A stretch of 62,492 nucleotides of DNA from Folioceros fuciformis (taxonomy: Eukaryota). The notes beneath the pieces were generated by a model. The model made no database searches. It was not told where the DNA came from and saw only the letters and a program-made list of their open reading frames with translations. Position 1 is the stretch's first letter; each line of letters starts with the position of its first letter. Position numbers and translations under genes: made by a program. The stretch lies in assembly GCA_049999805.1 (NCBI GenBank), contig JBNGIO010006342.1:467449-529940 (forward strand). The letters are read 5' to 3'. Shown here one piece after another: positions 35,701 through 49,287 of this stretch.

Positions 35701-37292
35701 AAACGCTCACTCCGGGCAGGAACAAATAAGGATTCCAAGAGAGTGCCCCCAACAGGAAGTCTGTCCTTGTTACCTACCATAGCTATATCTCCTAAGTGAA
35801 ATGGAGAACAAAGCCTTCTATTACCACCTATGCTCAAACTGGTACTGAAATGCGCAAACTGAGTCGGCTGTTGTGCCTGGCGAGAAGTCACGATGCTGGT
35901 CCCAACGAACTTAAAAAACTCTAGAAGTCTGCTAGCAAGTTCACTTACAGCTTTGTTAGTGGGTGCACAAACTAAAGTACGAAAAGGAGTTTCATCATCG
36001 GCGTCTCCTGGATCTAAAGAGCCAAGAATAGAAAGCAGGGAGATGATTGTCGAAGTCTTCCCGGTTCCAGGGGGGCCCTGGATGATTTTTATCTGGGGCC
36101 TCAGAGGTCCAGCCACTGGGCCCTGGAGCAGGTTAAAAACTGTGCTTCTTATAGCATGGGTTTGAGATTCATTCAGCTTTCGATGATCAAAGCAGTAGCT
36201 CTCAATCTCTGAGTGCGGGAAGCGATTTGCAGATATCTGCAAGGCGAATATATAATAAGACCATCTGTTCAGAGGATGAATTCAAACCACCGTATTTTCA
36301 ATGTAGGGGTACATCGGGTTACCTGTGGCGTGTAGCGTCCGCAGATCAACACCTCCTCAATAACTTGCAGCGAACGCTCAAGAACGGCCAAATAAGCAAT
36401 TGGAGGCCTCAGAGCCTCCCATATTCTCACAAACGTAGTGAAGCTTGTGCCGAGATGGATTGCAAACCATTGAGACTTGTTGCGGATGCAACTTGTCAAA
36501 GCTTGCGCAAACCCACTCCTCTTCTCCGTATAGACTGTAGCCCAAAGCCGTGAATCTGTTCGATCCCACCTGTGCTTCAGCACTCCTAAAGCATAGTGGC
36601 ACGCAGTGTGTGTCCATCCTCTATTGGCCAAGTACTTTGGTGCTACATTGGAAATTAGGACAATATCCGAGCCCAAAAATTCCTCAAGAACAGAACCACT
36701 AATACTTCGAGATCTGCATTCTTGAATTTCACAAGCGCGAATGTGGAGGCTGACTACATCAGGGTTAGCCTTCGGAATGTCGCACTTTTTGAAGGTGAAG
36801 TTCCCGGGGAACTTTGGTGTCACAGATTCCTCCACTTTCAGAATCTTGATAGACAAATATGGTGATCCAGGTACCCTCAGGAAGCCTTTGCACAGTTCAG
36901 CTCGAATTTCTTCTATCATCGGCGCCTGGAAGGTGCTCAAATATTTCCCCACTGAGTCATACTCAAAAGGTATGTCCGTGACCTACAGCCAAGACTAGCT
37001 TCATGTAAGCAAAAAGCAGCCACTGATTTGACGGTTGTCGTAGAGAGACCACAAAGTCCGCCCTGCCTACAAGGACCCCCCATTTCCGGCAGAACAAACT
37101 CACCTTACCAGAAAAGTACTCATCGTTCAGCAAGTCCTCGATTTTCCACCTCAGCACCTGGTTCAACAAAGCATGTTTCTGAACTATTGTATGAGTTTTC
37201 CTCAGAAATGCGATGGACGCGGCACAGTCTCTGTAGTCCTGCTCGGTTTTCTGCTGGTTTGAAATAGGTGGCTGCGCCGGAAAAACGCCCAT
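32755..37292 (-). CDS. DNA2/NAM7 (UPF1/SEN1-like) superfamily-1 helicase of the plant TRANK1-like group, multi-exon; start uncertain
   Basis: N-terminal [11 protein letters not shown] and [92 protein letters not shown]; tail [12 protein letters not shown]...GLRP...VVWTIGI...IQILEVWD; last exon ends SAIGWE* (32755). Confidence 0.9.
33490..33830. repeat. 24-bp coding minisatellite encoding (SSEPESTR)n in the helicase
   Basis: ctctgaactccgcgtgctctccgg-type units, near-perfect at ~33617-33775 and degenerate outward. Confidence 0.9.
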
Positions 37293-38636
37293 CCTTGCAG
37301 AAATAACGTACCCAAGCTCGTTCTGCAAGTCGAAACGGTCCCAACAACCCAGTCTGTGGGAATCAGGCCTACGTGCAGGCTGTAACTGGAAGGTCTCCCT
37401 CACAAGCTACACAAGCATTGCTGAATACGGAGAATCCTTCGGCATTCCAAATCCTCCATTCCAAACACATCGAAATCACTCGCCTTCACATGAGCGAAGT
37501 ACCGTACGGTACCGAGAATTCAGACGTCCAGCTTACGCCCGCATGCCAGATCACTGCTCGCCCTACCTGCCAGCTTCAACCTTCACAGACCCAGCGCCAC
37601 ACCAAGGAATAATAATCAACATCCAAGCCCACTACCGGCGACTTCTGACGCCGACTGGAAGCACGACACCAGGACAATTCCATTCGAAATAGGCAGCATG
37701 TTTCAACACACATGGAGTTGGGTCTCGTATTCTTCTAACCAGACCGACATAAGATCCACACGGAGCAGAGCATTTGCGGTGCAGAGGTCTCCTCACCGAA
37801 AGGAAAAACTCATGAGGGTGGCAACTCGCACCTTTCCGTCCAGAACATCCCCATTGTACAGGACCCCTCCGAGCCTCCAGAGCCGTCGTTGGGATACGTT
37901 TACACCTCCTGACGCCCTCCACAGGCCCGGAGCGCAGTAATGGCAGCAACTTGCAGTGACAAGATCATTGCTGCTCAGTTATGCAGAGAATTTTGTCTCC
38001 TTCACCGAATTTTCCAAGAAAAGTAGCGCTAACCATGCCACTTCCTCCGGGATGCCATGGGGCGCTGCGATGGCCCCGGGCGATGAAGCTTGACAGCCAG
38101 ATTCCGTCCGCCAGGATTGCGGCAACCCAAGAAGGCCGCCCCCTCTTTGCTTCCGTTCCCGCGAAGACGTTGTGCCACGGCGAAACTGGAAATAGCTCTC
38201 CATAATTGTTTTCTATGTTAATGGCTGTCTCCATAAATGCTCAGCGGAGGAGTATCGACATGGATTGAATGGACATGACGACCACCTTTATACACATGAA
38301 TGTAACTATATATGAATCGCAGAAGCTCCAGTACGGCTATTGCGAATTTCGAGAACGTTTCTTCTGACGACCTCAGTTCGTTCTCCTCAACAGGTTGCAT
38401 ACAGTGTGCGGGGTTGTGGAGGAAGAGCATAACGTGCCCAGTTCATGCTTCAGCTCAATGTAGGCACTAATCGTGTGACGGACTGGGAAGGGCCGTTAGG
38501 ATTGGGCTGGAAGTGCCAATCCCGATGGCTTCTATGGTACATCTCCAAGAGGGCAAACCCTAGAAATCACTGCAGTATTTGACCGTCGTCGTTGTCTAGC
38601 ACCGACTCCAACACCACTGACATGGAATGATTCATT

Positions 38637-41600
38637 TCAAGGAGTACCCGCCCTCTCTGCGTTTGCCATGGCTGCGACGAGCTCTTCTTTACCAAAAAAT
38701 GTAAAAGCCGCTTCATCCTCAGCGCCATCCAGGTCCCCTCGAGGAGTGCCGTCACCAGCAATGTCCGACGCAGGGTTTTCGTCAGGATAATCCCTGTAGA
38801 GGTGCTTGACAATGAAAAGCGCTGTGTCCTGATCCTGCCAGTACGCCCTGAACACCAGAGGCACATCAGGTGACGAAATTGCTCAGGTCAGCACCCACAC
38901 ACACACACAGGAGACGGCTAATCCATCTGCACATACGTGTGAGAGCTGATGGCTGCGATGTACTGATGTTCAAAAGTTGCGTCCTGCAAATCACAAGTAG
39001 TGCACGTCAGGATGGAGAGCCACGTGGCATTTGCTTCCATCTACTACAAGATGCAGGCAGTCGTCATGGCATGGTCGATGCAACTGCGGCACACCTGAAG
39101 CATATGATCAATCCGGCCGTGACGATCCCCTGTTAACATTTCCATCATTAAAGAGCCATACGTTGGCTTCACATCATCTGGATCGGAACCATCTGCAGAA
39201 ACAGAACCACAGTCAACATCAGACGATACAGGATCAAAAGAGCGGTAACTCAGAGCTGTCTTCCTCCCAGTGGTCGATCGGATACCTTTCTTTTCACCAG
39301 ATGGAGAAGAAAAGGCACTCGCCATTCGAGTCTGGAAAAGCAGAAAGCACCCATCAAGTAGAGTGAGAGTGAGAAGACAAACTTCTTCACAGGGCTGGTT
39401 ACAGCTAACCCAAGGGCAGTCGTGAAACTCACCCTCACAGATGTTATCGAGCTCACAATTGCCTTTGACTGAGCGGATAAGTTCTCTCCCAGCTCCTGAG
39501 GACATAATTGCACACATATCCTCAATCCACACGTCCCAACTTTTTATCGTCCACGCAGCACTGTAAGGTGTGAGTATGCGTGGAAAACCTGCATGCCAAT
39601 ATGTATACGCTTGCCTCCTTTATGATATGGTACAAAAACAGGTCTTCTGCTCACCAGCTCCTTGCAAACAAGAGGTTCAATCCTGCCTCAATCCACAATT
39701 ACGTAAGGTCCTTACGAGAGCTAGTTTTCCCTTCATTCAACTGGACCATGGTGCATAGAACATACCGGTAGGCAACAGGATCATACGGATGAAATATATT
39801 CATCAGTTGTCGACAAGCTGGGAGCTCTTCCTCAATAGTGTCATCTTCCCAGTATTCCTGTCCTTCCCCTGGATCACAAAAGCTGACTTCAGACTAATGC
39901 TCCTGGTAACCGTGAACAGCAAGGAGAGACTTGTGCGCCAAACTCAACTTGAAGCACTAGCTCAATCGAAATAAACGACACCTGTTCCTAGCCGAATATT
40001 TCTGAGAGACAAAAAGACACCCAGGGGTGATCCAACAGCGAAGAAGGTATCAACCTGCCAGCACGTTAGACATTAATCCTTAGGAAAGGCACAAAAGACA
40101 TTCAGCTTGGTGTTCACACCACCATCAGTGGTACAAGGCCCCCTTTCCCACCTCGAATTCCAACTTGGTGTATGAGATCTGAAAATCGTGCTTCCGTGAA
40201 CTTGAAAGAGAATCACTGTTAGTCAACTGGTCTCGCCTTCCACTGCTGCTGCCTTTTGGAGAATGCTTCGAATTTTGAAGCACCTCCTTTCTGTGATTCT
40301 CACTGTGATCCGCTCGGGACGACTGCACCTCGTCCTGAGACTTCTGTTCTAAAGCCCGAAGCTTTGCTTGAAGAGCACCTACCTGTCAAGATGATGTGGC
40401 CTTCCGTAAGCACTCCGTACATGGGAAGGGCCAACGCGCAGCAGCATCTCTGACACACCAAGATGTTCTACTAGAAACAGGGAAATGTCACCTGTTCTCT
40501 GAGACTCTCCAACTCTGAAAGACCCCCTTTGTTTAGCTCTACATCATGTTCTCCTGAGCCTAGGTCTATGCCTGTAGCCGGCAACTCTTCAATTTGTTGC
40601 GTGACAGTATCATGTTTCTTCTCATCTGAGACAGAGTTGTCCATCCCAGGAACAGATTCTGTTTTAGTAAGAGACTCCTTGAACTCCCTTGACGTGGCAG
40701 AAGTTACGTCTTGTAGAGGCAACGTGGAAACCGAATCACGTTGGTGACAGAGAATATCATAAGAAAGCACACTCCCCAGTGAATGGCCATAAATGGAAAT
40801 CTGAAAGCGCATAACACATTCAAAGTCATATCAGATAGCTGAGATGTTGCAACACATCATGCACTGAGTAATTTAACATCTACTTCACCTTGCCATCATA
40901 GAATGGATTCCTTTTGATGAATTTTCTGTAAAGCTTGTTTAGAGAGGATGAAACCTTTACACAATCACACCCAATTAGTCACAGATTGCAGAAATAGCTT
41001 GTCATACATTCAGGGCACATTCACGAGAGAGTGAAGTGTCTACCGAGTCGATTATGTCTTGACAAAAAACTGGGCTCATGTAGTATAACACATCATGTAC
41101 AGTGGCACTAAGCATCGTACGCAGTGCTCTAACGCCATCCAGGGTACAATTCTCCACCGCAGTTTCACCACGCAACTTCAACTCCCTCCGCCACTGCAGA
41201 GAGGTCACAAATCTCAGAAGAATTTCTTTGCACCAAACGTCTACAGTTTCCTTTCACCTTGTTAACTACAGACAAAACTACACCAGTCCGTATAAGTCTA
41301 AAACAGAAGTTACCTGGCAAGGTATAAACAAGACCCGCTGGGCATTTCGCTGGTGTGCAGTGAGATGTTGTTCTGCCATGGCAGCTGCAGTTCTTCGAAA
41401 TGTGCCCACGTCATCTACAAGGTTGGCCTTCTCTAGTCTTTGACCAATGCCATGCACCATAAATACAACATGTCGAACAGGAACCTGCAGAGTTGCATAG
41501 ACGACAGCATTGATCCAGTTCAAAACTGTTTTGTAAGTACAATGCATTACATGGTGTACCAACACGCGAGGTGCCACTGTATGATCAAAAGGACAAGGAA

Positions 41601-44078
41601 ATAAATTAGGGGGAGCCAACAAACCTCTGAGCAGTAGTCGTCCATATCCTCCTCCTTACGTTGAGCCTGCTCCTCCTGCAGATAGGAAACGTTCAAGTTT
41701 GAGATTCAGATTCTTTCCCAGTATCCAGAAAGGGAGGCCAGTTGCTGGTAGCAGGATTCAGGCTGCAACCGATATAGACAGACATATGTAGGAATTTGGG
41801 ACGTGAACAAATGTACATGCAGCATCGCTACACCCCCATGCACTACAATACAACACTGCATGGCCCCTCTATCAGTACAAAGCGTTTGGAAGGCCATTAT
41901 TCTGTACATCGGTGAGTACCTGGCTAGGCTGAGCAGCTTCAGACGGTGAAAATCCACGTCGCAGTTTGAATCCAGTTCCCCGTATTCCCAGGACAGAAGC
42001 CACACGAGTAGCATCAATAGACAGCACCGCTTCCCAAGTATCATCCTCTCCAAAAAACAGGGCATGGAGTCCCTGCAGGATATCAAACAAATGAGTAAAA
42101 GCTTCTAGTCAACATTTCACGCATCTATTAAATCCCACTTTGTTCTGTAAGTGACCTCTATTCGTCATTTCAGGACTCGACTGTTAAGTGGAATGTGGAA
42201 ATCCGAAAGAAACCCTGACAGACTGACCTGTGTGGAACTTTTCAGGTTCACCCGAGCAGCAAACTGCCCTGAAGGTTGGTAAGACCTCCTTCTCCACACC
42301 TGTTAAAGAAAACCATCTGCAAGCTCCTTCAGAATGGACATCAAATATCCTAAATCTAGGTGAATGCGGTCCATTTAACCAATGCAGGTGGGTGAAGTAT
42401 CAGCGCATGATTCACCTGGCTTGCATAGGCGGACTCAAGCTGCTCAGCTACATCTTCACGTAGTGGGAACCAATCAAGTCCAGTCCTACGAGCAAACCAA
42501 TGGCCTCGCAACACGCGCATGTTGTCTCCCCTCCAGTACACTGGTTTACATCGCCTCCTGAGTAAATCAACCTGTTGAAACACAGGTCTCACCATCATGC
42601 TACATTTGACGAGAACATAGCCAACTCTCAAATGCACGGAACGTCCATAGGCATGGGAGATATTATGCCGGCCAAAGCAATCAGGCCCTTGACCCAGTTT
42701 CTTAGTCATCCGCCTCACCAGAGGAGAAATCCAACCTACAATGAAAAATGGTCCAAGGTGCTCAGTATCAAGAACAGTCTGCCTACCTCATGGAGTCCAC
42801 CTTTGACCAGCACTCCCACATTCTCCTCTTCATCTTGTAGTAGGCCTTCACGTTTGGGTGAAAAAGAATCTTTTCCATGGCCATAAGCAAGGGACCTCTC
42901 AGAAGATTCAGCAGGGGGCGACAGATCTCCAGGGCCTTCCACATGTGATATTACACCCGCAGCAGAGGGACCTTCACTACATTCCGCATATTCCTTCCAC
43001 CATGCTGATACCAGCTCTTCTTCCCGCTAAAACATGTGCATAATCAACATAAGCACATTGCCTTTCGCTCAATAGCTTCACACAAATTGTGAAAGAGGAA
43101 ATCTGCAAGGGAAGGCATCATTTAAAAACTAACCTGGAGGAAAGCTGCCTCAAGGGATAGAGAATCACGCTTGCTGAAGCGCAAGTACTCTGCTTTCCCC
43201 ACCACGTCTGTTGCTGGTACTTTCGCTGCAACGTCTGCAACCCAGACCCTATCCCCATCATACATCATTCCATCATACCCCAACTTAATTGACAGAACCG
43301 GACAGAAAAGGAAGTGGCCAAAATGTAGCTCGCCTAGAAAGACAGAGCTTAAAGACCTCTGACACTCGTATCACCTAGATGGTCCCTGTCTGGTCAGCAA
43401 AGTGACGTCCAGGCAACAGACTCATGTAGCTAGAAACGAAAATCTTGCAGTCTCAAGACTGCCATGCTTACAGGTTCCAGCTCACAATTCACAATCTGTC
43501 TACTCTGCAGCTCATACAACATAAAAAATTTCCTTACAACAGAGATGTAGAAGACTAAACTCTGCAACCTCCTCCTGCTCCTACGATCCGAAGAATTCAA
43601 AGGTCTACAATTTAACCTAAATTTGAAAGCCACCGCGCATAGGAAATGCGCAGAAACGAGCACCACGCGGGGCCATTCTAAACTAGTGCAATCACAAGAT
43701 AAAGGAAGCAGAAGTACCATTACGGTCTAGGCGAGCTTTGGAGAAGTACCATCGCACTTCCGCTCCATCCGAAGGGCTCTTGGTCACAGGACGATATTTC
43801 GCAAACATTGGAGACGAAAATGACTGGCTGCCGCTAGCAAGATCCTCATTTCCCAAGTTTGAAGCGGATGCAGATGAGGAAATCGGTGGAGAGTGACTGA
43901 ACGACAATTTTTCACCGCCTTGGGACTGCTTCTCTCCGGAGGTCGACGGGGAATTGAGAGCAGCAGGACTCGAAGGCGCAGACTCTGGTGTGGCGCTCTG
44001 CACCGAATCCTTACCCGTATCACCTTCCACAGGTGGCACGGGCGAATCCACCAATTTTTCGTCAGAATTGTCCGCCAT
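38637..44078 (-). CDS. SGR2: Phospholipase A1 SGR2-like (DDHD domain), many exons
   Basis: EVRWYFSK, VLVKGGLHEV, VLRGHWFAR, VRHVVFMVHGIGQRLEKANLVDDVG, lipase motif GHSLG (IYGHSLGSVLSYDILCHQ), SATVHDVLYYMSP, YWQDQDTALFIVKHLYRD. Confidence 0.93.
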
Positions 44079-44828
44079 AGCACACGATAAAGTGGAGCTG
44101 CCTCAAGAAAGACCTACCACTCCAGGGCATTCACACCATAGGACACTTCAAGTCCTCGCTCAGTCCCGGTGCCAACCATCCCGGGAGATGCCCCCCCATC
44201 ACCGCAATAAGTCTAGCATAGACTCGCATGTACAAGTGCCCAGAACAAGACAAGTGAACAAAATACGGCTACGTGGGTCCTTTTCCCACATAAACGCAAC
44301 ACGGTGGCTTCTCGCCCCGGAAACAACCCGGTCCTTCGCGACAGAATTCACAGCCCGTCCGAAAGGAAGAGATTGCAGGACACGCAGCTGTGGGAGGAAT
44401 AAAGAATATCCAAGTCTACACAGCCCTCGTGTGAGTGCTGGTTTCCGATGCAGGCTTCTGCTGGAAACAGGCGTCAGGTTGAGCAGAACATAAGTGCAAC
44501 ATCCGTCGTGCCAAGTGTCGAGGTAACATGAGCCTGCCCCTTTTCATCAGATAGTGCAGCCTGCTGTCTTTTACTCCGGCAGCTGCAAAGAAAAATCAGC
44601 TGTGTGGGCAGCGTCAGGAATAAGAAACCCACAGCGAAAAAATCCGGTGCTACCGCAACGAACGTCACCCACATTCCACAGCTACCTCAGCGCACGAGAC
44701 GAGCCCGAGGTTGCCTCATTTCCGAATGACTCCTCTTGTGTCACACGCCTCATGGGTGGCGGAGTACTTTGGTGAGCGGTGACTGTTGCGGGTAAATGGC
44801 GGAGTGACGCACTGGTAGGTTCTGACTG

Positions 44829-46496
44829 TTACATTTCTCTTGGAACACTAGCAAGTGACTCTACGAGTAGCTTCCGAACCTCGTCCCCGCCACCTTCCCT
44901 TCCTTCCCCAGGTGGTGCCGGCGGTTCTTCTGTTGGATCATCCTCATCCGTGGGCCCTATCTCTTGCAGCATGCCTGCCACGTCTACGTCCTTAAATTGA
45001 ACTCTGATGTTGTGCAGAATGCAGCAGGCATACACTAGTTCAGGTATGAAGTCCAGTCTGTTGTTCACAGTGACTCCAACCAATGGAAAACTCTTCTTCA
45101 GGATAGCCAAGGTCTCTGTTATGAACTTTCGTGCCCTAGCAAGCTTCCGGTTGAAAATAGCTTGTGTTCTAGGCAGGGAGAGCACGACATCTCTCTCATT
45201 GACATCACTGGCGTAAGGCACCATGAGCCAGGGTAGCAAGGGGTATGCCGAATCTCCGACTATGTAGGGAGGAACTCGGGAGCCCGGTGACGAGTACTGG
45301 GCCAGGGGAAACATGTCAGCTGATGACGCATTGCCGGCATGTATGGTGTCGAGGACAGAGGACGCAATACCATGAATGGAGTTGACGATACCCAATGCCT
45401 GTCCGGTCGCATGGATGCTGCTCGTGGAGGAGGCATCACTTTCGTGCACAACAGCATTCAGCAGGGCAGTCATGGACGTGTCATCAATGTTGGAGACGTC
45501 ATCTGAGTCCATGGCTCTGGCCGTGCTATCAAATGCTTGCTCCCCTCCTCTTCCGTCACTGAAAAAAGAATGTAGAGAAGCCACGGTGGAGGAAGAGGAA
45601 GCATCGGCGCTGGCGTTGAGTACGTCACCACGCAAAGCCTTCTCATACAAGCCAGAGTCGCGCAGTATAGTACTATCCCGTACGGAACCCGGATACCCTA
45701 CAAATACGTCAGTGAACGTGTGATTGGAGTCGCAAACGGCTTGCATCTTGATCGAAAAGGTCTGCCGACTGTTGAGGTAATCTGTGGACCCGGGCTCACT
45801 GGGCTTGATAATATCCACATGGACCGTGTCCATGGCTCCAACGCAGTAGGGCAAGCCAGAAGCAGCTTGAAACCCAGCTGCCACCTTGTCTTGCAATGCC
45901 TGCCCTTCAGGCCACCTGATGGATCTTCCAAACACCTGATTGATAGCCCTAACGGTCTCCTTGACAATTTTGAAAGCCGACGATTTCCCGATCCCGAACT
46001 TCTCACTGATTTCCATCAAGGTTGCATCCCTGACAAGCCTGTACAGTGTGATAGCCACTCGGCAGTCCACCGACACAGCTTCCCTCCAATTGGTGTTCTG
46101 CTTAAAAATCACCGGCTCCAACTGATCACGAATCATGTCGAACGTGCTCCTGGACACACCCAGCATGTCACGCCACCTGTCCCGATTGTGGATGTCACGC
46201 AGGAAATTGTAATGATCGAACGAAGAGGATCGCGGCTTCACCCACCACCGTCCATCCAGTTCCAGTGCGTTGGCGGCGCAGATGGTGGACATGCTGGACA
46301 TGATGGAGGACATGACCACCATCACAGCCCCAGCATCCTCCTCCTCTTCCTTGGTCAGGCACCTGTTAGAGGAAGACGGCGCAAATCCCAGTCCGGGGAA
46401 AGAAATCAGCACGTGGTGGATTGCCAGGACCGTCTGGCCCAGAAGGAAGTGGAAGGACCTACCGCCCTTGGAATCCGCCTTGAATAGCGCCTCCAT
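44829..46496 (-). CDS. Harbinger transposase-derived protein (ALP1/HARBI1-like, DDE_Tnp_4), 555 aa, intronless
   Basis: WWVKPRS; VSRSTFDMIRDQL; HTH VAITLYRL...EISEKFGIGKSSA; GLPYCVGAMDTVHV; QAVCD; GYPGSVRDSTIL; IVGDSAYPLLPWLMVPY; ACCILHN; intact ORF, no TIRs seen. Confidence 0.9.
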   Translation of the reverse strand: MEALFKADSKGGRSFHFLLGQTVLAIHHVLISFPGLGFAPSSSNRCLTKEEEEDAGAVMVVMSSIMSSMSTICAANALELDGRWWVKPRSSSFDHYNFLRDIHNRDRWRDMLGVSRSTFDMIRDQLEPVIFKQNTNWREAVSVDCRVAITLYRLVRDATLMEISEKFGIGKSSAFKIVKETVRAINQVFGRSIRWPEGQALQDKVAAGFQAASGLPYCVGAMDTVHVDIIKPSEPGSTDYLNSRQTFSIKMQAVCDSNHTFTDVFVGYPGSVRDSTILRDSGLYEKALRGDVLNASADASSSSTVASLHSFFSDGRGGEQAFDSTARAMDSDDVSNIDDTSMTALLNAVVHESDASSTSSIHATGQALGIVNSIHGIASSVLDTIHAGNASSADMFPLAQYSSPGSRVPPYIVGDSAYPLLPWLMVPYASDVNERDVVLSLPRTQAIFNRKLARARKFITETLAILKKSFPLVGVTVNNRLDFIPELVYACCILHNIRVQFKDVDVAGMLQEIGPTDEDDPTEEPPAPPGEGREGGGDEVRKLLVESLASVPREM

Positions 46497-46838
46497 CTGC
46501 CAAAGTCCCTGCTGAAGTTCTTGCTACACAAAGCTTAAATCCTGAGGGAGGAGGAAACCCGGGCGGGAACCTCGAGTTCGAACTTGCTGGGACGCATGCC
46601 GGATGACGCGAGGCACATGAAGCGTTTATGAGGGGCTCATCCCCTGTCCGCCATATCCCCGATAAATCGCAAGCTTGCACACTTGGCAAGTGGCCTACGA
46701 GATGATGAGATACGACGGCGGCTAGCGTCTTGCCGCGGCCCAACCTCTGAGCTCACAGCCTTCAAATGGCAGGGCCCCCTGCAGACAAAGACAAATGTTG
46801 TCTACACGGGGAGAGGCCTGGGACTGAAGAGCGTGCGC

Positions 46839-47974
46839 ATGGCGAGCCTGCGGTATCTGCTTAGATCTGGAGTGCAATCTGGCAGGAACTGCAGGCGAAT
46901 TGGATTAGCCCTTTCTCCGCTGCGGCATCTCCATAGCGCGGCCGCTGCGGGAGCTCCTGTTTCCGATGGCAAAGCTGACCAGGTGTCGGACANNNNNNNN
47001 NNNNNNNNNNNNNNNNNNNNNNNNNNNNNNNNNNNNNNNNNNNNNNNNNNNNNNNNNNNNNNNNNNNNNNNNNNNNNNNNNNNNNNNNNNNNCGTCACCG
47101 GAGGAGCGAGCGGGATAGGGGCGGCCACTGCCAGGCTGTTCGCGCTCCACGGAGCCAAGGTTGTGATAGCCGACATCCAAGAGCAGCTGGGAGAGCAGGT
47201 GGCAGCTGAGATCGGCAGCGCCAGATTTGTGCGATGTGATGTGACGGAGGAGAGGCAGATCGAGGCCGCTGTGGAGGCCGCGGTTTCCACCTACGGAGGG
47301 CTGGACGTGCTGCTCAACATCGCCGGCGTGTCGGGGAGCTTCCACAGCATCCAGAGCCTGGACGCCGACGTGTTCGACAGAGTGTGGGCCGCGAACGCGC
47401 GGGGGAGCGTGCTGGGAGTGAAGCACGCGGCGCGCGCCATGATTCCGGCTCGCCGAGGCTCCATCATCTGCATGGCGAGCGTGGCGGCTCTCATGGCCTT
47501 GCCAGGCAACATGAGCTACGCTGTGAGCAAGGCCGCGGTGACGGGGCTGGTGAAGTTTGCTGCTGGCGATCTCGACAGGTGAGTGAAGGACTCAGTCGAC
47601 TTCTATGTCGCAACCATAGCCTCTTGTTCCTTCCCTTCCGCATGCGCACGGAATCAGATTCCGAGGTTTGTTTTATCTACAGGTTCGGGATTCGTGTAAA
47701 CGGGATCGCGCCAATGACGCTGGCTTCGCCGCTCCTGCTCAATTACATGAGGGACCAGGTGAATCCGGAGCTGAGTATGAAGGAGTTGGAAGCGAAGCTG
47801 GCTGAGTACTGGGACTACAAGGGGCCCCCCTTGACAGCCAGCGATGTAGCGGAGGCGGCCTTGTTTCTCGCCTCAGACGAGGCCTCTTACGTTAGCGGCC
47901 ACACCCTTGTCCTCGACGGGGGCTACACCATCAAGAAGGGATGGAGTTTCAAAAAGATTTTCGGCCAACAATGA
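46839..47974 (+). CDS. Short-chain dehydrogenase/reductase (ABA2/tasselseed2-like group); spans an assembly gap; intron 47579-47682
   Basis: VTGGASGIG, CDVT, NIAG, catalytic YAVSK, GIRVNGIAP, ALFLASDEASYVSGHTLVLDGG. Confidence 0.9.
46993..47092. other. Assembly gap (100 N)
   Basis: Run of N. Confidence 1.
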
Positions 47975-49287
47975 CTCGCCTATCGACACAAAATGTGAGC
48001 ATGTATTTTACATCACTTCTTTCTTCCTTGGCCACAGAAATGCTACTCCATGCATTCTGCCGCCATGACACTCGATTCAAAGCCTTATGTCCTAACTCAT
48101 TCCTATGGATAGGTCTTTTACATTCTTATGTAAAAGATCAATCCCTTGTATGTCAAGGAACTATATCAACATATTTTTACAAATCTATTAATATATTTAT
48201 TTTCTTATATTTTTATTTCTAGATTCACATGCTTATTGTATATAGGATTCTAGCCCATGGCCATGCTGTAGAAGGGACTTCATGTGGACGTATTTATGAA
48301 GTCTCTAAACTTTAGAAATTGGATGTCCTTTCGCTCAAAGACATTTCCGTTCTTTAACTCCATATTGATGGAGGAGTTTTGGAAGGGAAGGAAAGTCACT
48401 ATGATCAATTTTCCAATGGTTGAGTCTCAAGGAACAATTCTCCTAGATTCTTCCAGCTTTTACTTAAGCTCTTTGCCCATAGATTGTTCTAGCGTTTGCT
48501 CAAAGCTTTTTATAATAGATCCTTCTATGAGCAAACTTTTTACCTTCTAGCTTTCACTTGAGATCTCTGGCAATAGATACTTCTAGCTTTCAGTCGAAGT
48601 TCCATGCCCACATATCGAGCATGGAGGAAGGAACACTTGCACCATGCCAAAATTGCAAGCATTCGGAACTAGTGAGGTGAGTACCATTCCCACTCAAGAT
48701 GATCTAGAACTCTCTTTGCCTGCCTTCTTCAACCATGCCAAAGAAGCACTTTCTACTTTGAAGCGATGTGATGCCGACATTGGTGGAAACCAGTTGGCCT
48801 CTTCCCACATAGCTATAGGCATTGGCATCCAATTGTAGAGAACATTGGTATCCAATTGTAGAGAACATTGGTGTGGCGTAGGCAGGCAACAGGACACCAT
48901 GGTGGCACAGCTGATTTGACCCCAATGAAGTTGGAGCGATGGAAAGGATTAAGTTAAGGGTTAAAACTGAGTCCTAAGATGGTACTAGGTACATATTATA
49001 CGCTTCTTGTTTGGCTTATCTTACTTGGTGAAACTCAGACAGAAACAGGCCAGCAAAGACTGAAACATTCATCACCGGATAGCTCAGCCCCCACTACCTG
49101 CCACCCACTAACCAGGTATGCACCTAGTTTAGGAACGATTCTGGCTGGCAAGGTATCTTTTTTCCTCTGAATCATAGAAAACCCATCAACGGGAAGGTGA
49201 TGAGAGGTCCTAACACATCGGCACGGGCGTAATGCGTCACGTTCTCTAGCACGCACCAGCTCTGGACGCCGTTGCAGAGTCGCGAGC

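Noticed and set aside
45720-46487. 255-aa plus-strand ORF, and similar antisense ORFs over CSE1, DOG1-like and PUB
   Set aside because: Antisense to well-supported genes in GC-rich coding DNA; no motifs
48284-48925. Possible Myb/SANT partner ORF of the Harbinger gene
   Set aside because: Only short ORFs with no recognisable motif, and the SDR lies in between
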